A stretch of 64,000 nt of DNA from a virus, in IMG/VR virus record IMGVR_UViG_3300021255_002126, positions 4,253 through 68,252 of that record; one strand, given 5' to 3'. The translations under genes and the position numbers were made by a program. Shown piece after piece: positions 57,087 through 64,000 of this stretch. Numbering within the stretch: the stretch's first letter is position 1; the number at the start of each line of letters is the position of its first letter. The notes below the pieces were generated by a model. The model worked only from the letters and a program-made list of their open reading frames with translations, was not told the DNA's origin and made no database searches.

Positions 57087-57107
57087 TGCTCTTATCTTTA
57101 ATGTTTC

Positions 57108-57767
57108 TTATCTTCGATACGTTTCATTGCCGAATATTATCTTTTCAAGCATCTCGTTGAATCTATCCGCAACCCTGTTGCCATACCTTTCCCTTATCTC
57201 CCTCGGCACAAGGTTGGTAGTGATAATTGTAAACAACTGAGCATTATATCTATACTCAAGCAAGTCTATGACAGGATTTAGCACGTTGCCGTATTCCAAC
57301 ACCTCAACAGCCTCCCTGCCCATATCCTCTATTGCTATCATTTCCGTCTGCTTCAATTTTTTAAACCGCTCCGTGTCCTTAGCATACCATGCTACTTCTT
57401 TGGCATCAACTATTTGTATTCCTTTACACTCGCCTTCTACTACACCCCTCTCAATCAAGTAGTTCAACAAGTTCTGGAAGGCATAGAGTAGGGTAGTCTT
57501 TCCGTTGCCACACATACCGCTGAACATCACGCCGAACTTACTCCCTCCATCAACAAGGAACGATGCAAACTTTTCTATGTTCGACATAGTATGCTCGTCT
57601 GGAACATAGGCTCTCTTCCTATATTCCACCTCTGCTTGATACGCCCCTGTAAGAAAATCCACCGCTTGCGCCTTTGTCATAGGCAACCTAAAACGTTCCT
57701 TCGTAATCTTTCGCCTCAGTAGCAGTGACTTCAGAACTTCTACGTTTATCTGTTTTGTTGCTTCCAT
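57108..57767 (-). CDS. DnaC/IstB-like AAA+ helicase loader
   Basis: GMCGNGKT, IEDMG.E, ITTNL, YG.RVADRF. Confidence 0.88.
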   Translation of the reverse strand: MEATKQINVEVLKSLLLRRKITKERFRLPMTKAQAVDFLTGAYQAEVEYRKRAYVPDEHTMSNIEKFASFLVDGGSKFGVMFSGMCGNGKTTLLYAFQNLLNYLIERGVVEGECKGIQIVDAKEVAWYAKDTERFKKLKQTEMIAIEDMGREAVEVLEYGNVLNPVIDLLEYRYNAQLFTIITTNLVPREIRERYGNRVADRFNEMLEKIIFGNETYRR

Positions 57768-58635
57768 TTTGTTTCTTCGTCGCTTTTGCTTGTGCGACTA
57801 TTTCATTATACTTTCCGTTAATACTCGTTACACTAAAATTCTTCAACAGCCACGGGTCTGAAATTGAGTTGAGGAATGCCGACAATCCTTTCAAAACATC
57901 ATCCTCTTCCACACTCATTCCTTTCTGTTGCCTCGAATAGATTATCTTTTTTGTGAGCGAATCCATTGCCACGGCATCCTTTGCTTGCCAATAATATGCG
58001 CCTCCCTCAAACAAATCAGAATAACGTCTCTCAAACAACTCCCTTCCTTTAGTGATGAGAGGGTTGACAGGTTTCTTCTTCTTCCTATTTGCAGATAACC
58101 TATCTTGCTCATCTAAACGTTCCTTCAACTCCGACATCTGCTCTATAAGTTTCTGAAGAATAATCTTTGAGTCTTCCCCCAAGCCGTCGTCGCTTTTTTG
58201 CGACACGGCCTTTATATTATCTTCTTTATCTTCTTTATATATTCTTATAAGATGCTCGTTTGTTGACTCGTTTGTTGACTCGTTTGTTGACCTGTTTGTT
58301 GACTCGTTTTGCTGATACTTGTCATAGTTAGTGATTGATATACAACTAATTACCTTGCTTTTTTGTATGCTTATTCTGCTGTCCGACACAAGGTATGAGA
58401 GAAACCTTTCCACCTTTCCACGACTCCATTTCCACCTCTCCGCCAATTCAAGGACTCCTTTATAGACACATCCTCTCTTTGCCTTGACTCTAATTCCTCT
58501 GACAAAAAACTCCGATGGTGCGTAGTATGCCAGTTGCAAGAGGTCACACCAAGCATGCCATTTAGTGAACGGCTCTTTAAAGTATAGCGGGTCGTTCATC
58601 GACGAACGGAACAATTTGATATATCCTGTTGCCAT
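57688..58635 (-). CDS. Replication initiator (lambda O-like) with internal iterons
   Basis: GYIKLFR...LAERWKWSR..V.RFL...ITNYDKYQ then NEST repeats; upstream of loader. Confidence 0.88.
   Translation of the reverse strand: MATGYIKLFRSSMNDPLYFKEPFTKWHAWCDLLQLAYYAPSEFFVRGIRVKAKRGCVYKGVLELAERWKWSRGKVERFLSYLVSDSRISIQKSKVISCISITNYDKYQQNESTNRSTNESTNESTNEHLIRIYKEDKEDNIKAVSQKSDDGLGEDSKIILQKLIEQMSELKERLDEQDRLSANRKKKKPVNPLITKGRELFERRYSDLFEGGAYYWQAKDAVAMDSLTKKIIYSRQQKGMSVEEDDVLKGLSAFLNSISDPWLLKNFSVTSINGKYNEIVAQAKATKKQNGSNKTDKRRSSEVTATEAKDYEGTF
58258..58310. repeat. Origin iterons (4 x 12 bp GTTTGTTGACYY)
   Basis: Tandem repeats inside rep, next to AT-rich tract. Confidence 0.85.
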
Positions 58636-58772
58636 ATCGATACAATAAAGGAACTAAACAGTTCGCTTCTCTGCTCTTGCAGGTGACATTAGAAACGAAA
58701 CTGCATAGTTCCCAAAATTTCCTTGTGATACAATCTACGAATGTCACTAAGTAGATTATAATAATTCTTATG

Positions 58773-58804
58773 CAAAGATACAAAAAATGCTTGAAATAAA
58801 AGCA
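58773..58804 (-). promoter_or_regulatory. Promoter + TGCTT-N7-AAGCA operator (replication operon)
   Basis: TATCTTTG at 58773-58780; palindrome at 58788-58804. Confidence 0.75.
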
Positions 58805-58841
58805 CATTTTTGCAAGAAATCGCAATGTTGCTAACATTTTT

Positions 58842-59339
58842 TCATATTTTGACATTGATTCCCTTCTCAGCACTTAATCTCTTCACCTCTTGCGTGAAAT
58901 AGTCTATTTTCTCCTTCAATTCGAAGTCCATCCAATGCTTCGTGGAGTGGGCCATCACCTCCAGGCGGTTAACCCTGTCAAGACCAATCTTGTCTACAAG
59001 GTTTCTTCGATAACCTATGAGGTGGTCTGCCGACACTCTATTGCATGCACGGCATTCCATGTGGCAATTATCCGGCTCCCATCGTGTTGCCATGTGAGTT
59101 CTTGAGTGGTAGTGACCACAATCACCTTGTTCAAACCTCTTTATTTGTCCACAACTTATACAACGGAAGCATCCGTTGGGCATGACATCACGCAGACGTA
59201 TGTATGCGCTGAACACCTTGTCGAGTTTCTTGGTGAGGTCAACTGGCTTCCTTCCTGTTGACTTCCTCGCCTTAGAAAAGAGGTCCGGCTCCTCAGATTT
59301 CTTCTTTTTAGGCTTTCGCCTCATGTACCATGGAAACAT
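58842..59339 (-). CDS. ninG: NinG/Rap recombination endonuclease
   Basis: FSAYIRLRD...CISCG...DCGHY.SR...NCH.EC..CN. Confidence 0.88.
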   Translation of the reverse strand: MFPWYMRRKPKKKKSEEPDLFSKARKSTGRKPVDLTKKLDKVFSAYIRLRDVMPNGCFRCISCGQIKRFEQGDCGHYHSRTHMATRWEPDNCHMECRACNRVSADHLIGYRRNLVDKIGLDRVNRLEVMAHSTKHWMDFELKEKIDYFTQEVKRLSAEKGINVKI

Positions 59340-59498
59340 ATCATTAATCTTTCAAAACGTTCATACTCATTATAAACTCTCGCTTCACCTTATCCAAGCA
59401 TTCTCGGCAATAAGGAGAACTCTGAATATCTGGGTCGCAAGCAGGCCAAAAGGCTACCGCTTGCTCGTCACATTTGCAACACTTGCGTTCGCTCGCTT

Positions 59499-59804
59499 TC
59501 ATATTTCTTTCAATGACACTATGGTTTGTTTATGCTCTATATCGTGCAGGACATGACTGACGAATGTGAAGTCGCTAATATCGACGTCTCCCGACAGCAT
59601 AACAAGTGGGCAGTTTTCACACTTATTTACGTTGTAGCATTTTTTAATCATGCCCTCAATCCTTTCTTTAAGTTCTTCGGACAACCATAATCTATCACCA
59701 ACTTTCGGTGCAAACGGAATGTCAATTTCTGGATAGTCTTTAAAACCACCAAACGGAGTATTGCATTCATCTAAATCTACCTTTATCTTCCAATCCTTCA
59801 TCAT
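59499..59804 (-). CDS. Hypothetical protein
   Basis: 101-aa ORF. Confidence 0.6.
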   Translation of the reverse strand: MMKDWKIKVDLDECNTPFGGFKDYPEIDIPFAPKVGDRLWLSEELKERIEGMIKKCYNVNKCENCPLVMLSGDVDISDFTFVSHVLHDIEHKQTIVSLKEI

Positions 59805-60139
59805 CCGAATTTCGTATCGATTATGATTAGCGGCTCTATAGACATCAAGAACTTAACATCGCAGCCTATACTTACGGCCATATTGAATTCTTGAGTGCAT
59901 CCTGCGCTATGATTCCATTTCGGAAGCAAAAGAATTGTGTCGCATTGTAACAACATCTGAAAATCGGCTCTCATGTGTTCGTAGGTCGTTGCATCCTTTT
60001 GTAATCCATTAAACATCGGGTTGAATACCTCATGGCCTTTTTTCTCCAATGCTTGTTGCACTTCAAGGAATAACTTCTTCCTTTCTAAGTAGTCATATCC
60101 GCTAATCGGACCACTGATATATACTTTCGCCATAATCAA
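59801..60139 (-). CDS. DUF4406 family protein
   Basis: KVYISGPISG...FNP...LLQCDTI.LL..W..S.GC..E. Confidence 0.85.
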   Translation of the reverse strand: MIMAKVYISGPISGYDYLERKKLFLEVQQALEKKGHEVFNPMFNGLQKDATTYEHMRADFQMLLQCDTILLLPKWNHSAGCTQEFNMAVSIGCDVKFLMSIEPLIIIDTKFG

Positions 60140-61314
60140 AAATTTACATTAGTGAGTTGTCTTCCTCTTGACGTAACCATCCACTTTGTCGTTCCGGCAG
60201 GGCACTCAATGCGCAAATCAGAAACTCTGCCAAACCTCTTGTAGGAACCTCCAAGGTCTATAACCCATCCTTCCTTTCCCTCACAAGGTCTTATGGCACG
60301 ACCTATCATCTGATAATACAATGCCAAAGATTTCGTTGGGCGAGCAAGGATAACCGTATCTAACTCTGGATAGTCGAAACCTGTAGTGAGCGTTCCTACG
60401 TTTGACACCACCTTGATTCGCCCCGCCTTGAACTCTTCGAGTATGTTCTCCCTCTCTTTCTTCGGCGTCTCACCCGTTACTATTGCGGACTTTACACCTT
60501 CCGACTTCAGTTTAAGTACCAAATTTTCCGCCTCCTCTATGAAGCGAGTGAATACAAGAACACCGTTTCTCGGTATTCCGCTCTTTGGCTTCAATACTCT
60601 GAGTGTAGTGGAGGTCAGTTTGTCATAGAATCCACTTCGTTCATATTCGAGTTTCAAACTTTCTGCATCGTAATCCGCACCTGTAGAGTTGCTTTTAACC
60701 AAATCGAGATTGATAGATGTGAGGTCGTAATAACTCAAATCGGCGAGATAACCCTTTGCAAGCAGATCTCCAATCTGGCAAAAGTACAACACCCTATCGA
60801 AGATGCGAGGACGTGTGCGAGTCAAGAACTTCAATATAGACATTCCTTCAAGTCCTCTACCGAGTCGATATGGTGTGGCCGTAAGACCTACCACCTTTCT
60901 CGGAACTGCGTGAATAAATTTCTCATACTGACCTCCCTTGCTGTTCACACCATGACATTCGTCTATCATCACGTTTCGGAAATGAGAGAAATCATCCAAG
61001 TGATTCATAACACTTCCAATAGTGGCGAACGTGATGCGGTCTATCTCCTTATATCCTACCGATGCAGAATATATCGAACAATCGCAACATCCGTATGATT
61101 TGAGTTTTGCAAAGTTCTGCTCAAGAATCTCTTTAGAGGGTTGCAGGATAAGCAACGGGCCGTCGAGTCTGTGCGCTATGTCGGCAATCACTAAACTCTT
61201 GCCAGCACCAGTAGGAAGGATGAGCAAGCCATTGCTCTCCCTCTTGCTGGTGAAGGCCTCCACAGCCGCGTCACTCGCCTGCTTCTGATATGGTCTGAGA
61301 ACGTACTGCATCAA
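60136..61314 (-). CDS. SF2 DEAD/DEAH helicase (RadD-like)
   Basis: LRPYQ, PTGAGKS, IDECH, TATP, LTTGFD, QMIGRAIR. Confidence 0.92.
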   Translation of the reverse strand: MMQYVLRPYQKQASDAAVEAFTSKRESNGLLILPTGAGKSLVIADIAHRLDGPLLILQPSKEILEQNFAKLKSYGCCDCSIYSASVGYKEIDRITFATIGSVMNHLDDFSHFRNVMIDECHGVNSKGGQYEKFIHAVPRKVVGLTATPYRLGRGLEGMSILKFLTRTRPRIFDRVLYFCQIGDLLAKGYLADLSYYDLTSINLDLVKSNSTGADYDAESLKLEYERSGFYDKLTSTTLRVLKPKSGIPRNGVLVFTRFIEEAENLVLKLKSEGVKSAIVTGETPKKERENILEEFKAGRIKVVSNVGTLTTGFDYPELDTVILARPTKSLALYYQMIGRAIRPCEGKEGWVIDLGGSYKRFGRVSDLRIECPAGTTKWMVTSRGRQLTNVNF

Positions 61315-62003
61315 TCCTCGTCAGGTTCGTCCTCATTATCATCATCACCACCGAACGGGAGGTCATTGCCGTCGTTGTCCTTTTCCTCGGACTTCTCCTC
61401 CGGCTTCGGTGCTTCTGGGAACTCCAGACCGAACAATTCAAGCATTGCCTCCCTGTTCTTTTCCTCGTTAGCCCACAACTCCTGGTGGTCATGAACTTCA
61501 AATGCTTTTGCAAGCATAAACACCTTCTTCTTCTTGTCGTAGGTGTAGATTGCGTAGTAGCCAGCAAGGGCAATGCAGAAGGTCTCTTTCGATGAAAGTT
61601 GAACCTCCCGTGTTCCGGCCTTGACCTCCGCTGCATACTTTGCCACCTCTTCAAGGATAGAGTCATAGGCTTGCTCGGCTCGTTTCTTCATTGCCTTGAT
61701 TTCTTCAAGAGTCTCTTCAAGGTTGAGTTTGCGTTTTGGCACCTCATTCTCTTGCATCACGCAATATTCCTCCCGTATATTGCGAATCTCGAAGTCATCC
61801 AACTTTCTCATTACTGTCTCACCTACAGGGAAGGTCGCAACGAAGTTGTCGCCGATGAACTTGATAATCTCGGCAGAATTCTTAAATTTCTTTGCGCCCT
61901 TAGCAGTCGAAAAATCCAACTCTGTAGGGAATAACTCTTTCACATAGTCTTGGAGTACATACTCCACATTCTCTGGCATGTAGCCCTTTAAATCTGCATA
62001 CAT
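61311..62003 (-). CDS. Hypothetical protein with acidic tail
   Basis: 230-aa ORF. Confidence 0.7.
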   Translation of the reverse strand: MYADLKGYMPENVEYVLQDYVKELFPTELDFSTAKGAKKFKNSAEIIKFIGDNFVATFPVGETVMRKLDDFEIRNIREEYCVMQENEVPKRKLNLEETLEEIKAMKKRAEQAYDSILEEVAKYAAEVKAGTREVQLSSKETFCIALAGYYAIYTYDKKKKVFMLAKAFEVHDHQELWANEEKNREAMLELFGLEFPEAPKPEEKSEEKDNDGNDLPFGGDDDNEDEPDED

Positions 62004-62025
62004 AATTTTACTTTTAATGGTTGTG

Positions 62026-62244
62026 TTACTTATTCATTATTCTCTCGATGAGAGAGCGATTTTCTATCTTAGACAACGATGTTCTGAGGTCAAGTATGGT
62101 CTCTTCTTGCTCTGCAATTTTCTTTTCCATGTCTCTTATCTTCTTGCTTTTATACTTTTCAAATTCTTCATCGAAAATCCCTTGCTTGAAATATTCCTCC
62201 ACATCAGACTTGACTTTACTCAAATTAACATTTCCTTCTTCCAT
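62026..62244 (-). CDS. Small coiled-coil protein
   Basis: 3' part of 62026-62346 ORF; start uncertain. Confidence 0.5.
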   Translation of the reverse strand: MEEGNVNLSKVKSDVEEYFKQGIFDEEFEKYKSKKIRDMEKKIAEQEETILDLRTSLSKIENRSLIERIMNK

Positions 62245-62251
62245 AATTAGG

Positions 62252-62707
62252 TCATAAAAATTCTGCATAAGATTCCATCTGCTGCTGGGCAGCAAACAAC
62301 GCCTCGGTCTCGTTGGGGGAGGGGATATAAAGTCCCGATACCGCACTTGACCAATTTCTGAACCTCTCTATTGCCAACGTCATTTCCGATGTGCTAAGGT
62401 CTCTTGAACTTCTGAGCCTCTTGACCTTTTGACCTCGTTTGTTGACTCGTTCAACTTCAAAAACATCCAAGTTTAACTTGCGCTTAAAAATGTCTTGTTT
62501 TACTTCATCAATGGAATATCCAAACTCCGAGGCATAGTAACCGAGACAAACATGCAAGTAGGCATTCTGCGATGACGAACGTTGTCTGTGCTTCTTCTTC
62601 ACCTCAACAAGGCCGAGGGGTGCTTTGATGCACTCCTCATACACCTTGTTGCAATAGGCTTTAAACTGCTGCCTCTCGTATTCGTTATGGAGATTAAACA
62701 ACGCCAT
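62252..62707 (-). CDS. NinB-like recombination protein
   Basis: RSSSQNAYLH...SSRDLSTSEM..IE. Confidence 0.7.
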   Translation of the reverse strand: MALFNLHNEYERQQFKAYCNKVYEECIKAPLGLVEVKKKHRQRSSSQNAYLHVCLGYYASEFGYSIDEVKQDIFKRKLNLDVFEVERVNKRGQKVKRLRSSRDLSTSEMTLAIERFRNWSSAVSGLYIPSPNETEALFAAQQQMESYAEFL

Positions 62708-62716
62708 ATCCCAATC

Positions 62717-63160
62717 TTAAAAAGGCAAATCATCTTTCTCTTCTTCTCCGTTCTGGTCAACCTTTGGAGGGAACGGCTGATGCTGTGCTTGTGCAGGTTG
62801 TTGACCTGTGGGCGCCGTCTGAGGGTGGTAATGGTTTTGTGCCTCAGCAAGGGCAATCTGGAAAGCATTTATGGTGGTAAAATACTTTGTCTCGCCCGTC
62901 TGCTGGTCAACATACTTTGCGCCTTTCAAAGTAAAGTCTACAGTCAACCTTTGACCTACTTGAAACTGCTCTACGAGTGAGCAATTCTTGCCTGCTAACT
63001 CAAACCTCGGGTGGTTCTCCCACGGCTCTCCCGTATCTGGGTTGTACCTTGTGCAGTCGAGCACAAACTCCCTACGATAGAACTGCTGACCGCCATCCTT
63101 TGGAGTGCGGGCGATAGTCTCGCCCACAAACTCCAGTTTTCCTGTAATCTGAAATGCCAT
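62717..63160 (-). CDS. DUF3127 single-stranded DNA-binding-like protein
   Basis: OB-fold pattern with C-terminal DDLPF. Confidence 0.85.
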   Translation of the reverse strand: MAFQITGKLEFVGETIARTPKDGGQQFYRREFVLDCTRYNPDTGEPWENHPRFELAGKNCSLVEQFQVGQRLTVDFTLKGAKYVDQQTGETKYFTTINAFQIALAEAQNHYHPQTAPTGQQPAQAQHQPFPPKVDQNGEEEKDDLPF

Positions 63161-63163
63161 AAT

Positions 63164-64000
63164 CTATTCCGTTTGACCGAACACCTTCATGTTCGTAATT
63201 AGACTTCTGTTCTGCTCCAGGAACTCAATCACTCTCTCGCATTGCTGTGTGAGCATCTTTCGGGCTTGCTCATGGTCGTAGGTGTAAACCTCCTTGTACT
63301 GAGTGCCCGTGATGAGAGGTGTCCGGCTGGAACCTCCCTTCAGCAGATAAATGGTAAACTCAAACGAATTGACCTCGTTCATCATCCCCGACTCTATCAG
63401 CGTGAACGGATAGGTATAACGCTGCCATTTCTTCTGATAGTTGCCAAAGGCATACTGCTTCGTTGTCTTGGCATCGTACAACCTGTCTTGACGCAGGTAG
63501 TCGATATATCCGTGCAACTCCACAACACCCTTGGAGGTCTCAAGAAGCCCCTTCGTGTAGTACTGGCAGATGCAGTTCTTGAAATACTCTGCTGCTTCAA
63601 GGCAGAAATCCTTGTCGAAGAAGTATTCGAAGCCGTCGATAGAAGCAAAGATGAAAGGCACGCCAATCTTTGCAAACGTAGCGTCATTATCTTCTTTCTT
63701 TGGTTCCGGTTTTCCATTTCTCAGCTGTTCAAGGAATCTAAGCGTTCTCGCTTTATGCAAATCTTCCGCACTTCGTATCGTCTTAATGACGATGGCAGGG
63801 TTGGAGGGCTTGCACTTCTTCACCAGGCAGTCCACAATCTCGTTGAACGCTGTGCCCTTGCTTGCCGCCTCGGATGGCGGTGTGGGCACCTTATTCACCT
63901 TGTCGATGAACTCCTGCTTCAGAAGAGCGTCCACTTCCTCCTCGGAGTAGTGGAGCGTCTCTTCTGCCTCATTCCAGTTGAGGTGCCATGCGCCTGTCTC
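63164..64000 (-). CDS. PD-(D/E)XK exonuclease (5' end outside window)
   Basis: KGTAFNE, HGYIDYL..YDAKTT, QRYTY. Confidence 0.75.
   Translation of the reverse strand, partial: ETGAWHLNWNEAEETLHYSEEEVDALLKQEFIDKVNKVPTPPSEAASKGTAFNEIVDCLVKKCKPSNPAIVIKTIRSAEDLHKARTLRFLEQLRNGKPEPKKEDNDATFAKIGVPFIFASIDGFEYFFDKDFCLEAAEYFKNCICQYYTKGLLETSKGVVELHGYIDYLRQDRLYDAKTTKQYAFGNYQKKWQRYTYPFTLIESGMMNEVNSFEFTIYLLKGGSSRTPLITGTQYKEVYTYDHEQARKMLTQQCERVIEFLEQNRSLITNMKVFGQTE

Larger units (their letters stand above)
1..64000. mobile_element. Temperate siphovirus-type phage of Bacteroidales, excised/attP form (partial genome)
   Basis: Integrase/xis/attP, terminase, portal, capsid, tape measure, holin/endolysin and replication genes; Bacteroidetes TAnnTTTG promoters; no host housekeeping genes. 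Confidence 0.95.

Noticed and set aside
1-64000. Genome-wide TAG recoding (genetic code 15)
   Set aside because: Long genes are intact in code 11 and TAG ends genes cleanly (e.g. 5878, 21051, 27685); only one internal TAG seen

Overview
The whole window is one temperate long-tailed phage of a Bacteroidales (Prevotella-like) host, seen in its excised form. An attP site (3' part of tRNA-Ser(GGA) plus arm repeats) lies between xis and a tyrosine integrase, with phage genes on both sides. Most genes are on the minus strand. Modules: early accessory cassettes, lysis, a complete diversity-generating retroelement (target-Avd-TR-RT), tail and head genes (including a MuF protein with a papain-fold toxin tail), terminase, a packaging-linked cluster (DUF488, tRNA-Met, opine dehydrogenase, amidoligase/MTase-like/GNAT fusion, ParB, ATP-grasp), a PRTRC ubiquitin-like cassette, and replication/recombination genes. 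The most striking non-coding signal is a ~80-nt small RNA gene (41195-41275) with its own promoter and terminator. Its two seed regions are complementary to an AGAGCAAUG start-codon motif shared by 13 non-structural genes and to a leader motif of five repeated early promoters. Also notable: three more elements with the same terminator architecture, a group I intron in a phage tRNA, three other atypical tRNAs, a second non-coding copy of the replication origin 49 kb from rep, and a ~330-nt structured ncRNA candidate. All family calls come from reading motifs by eye; no searches were run.
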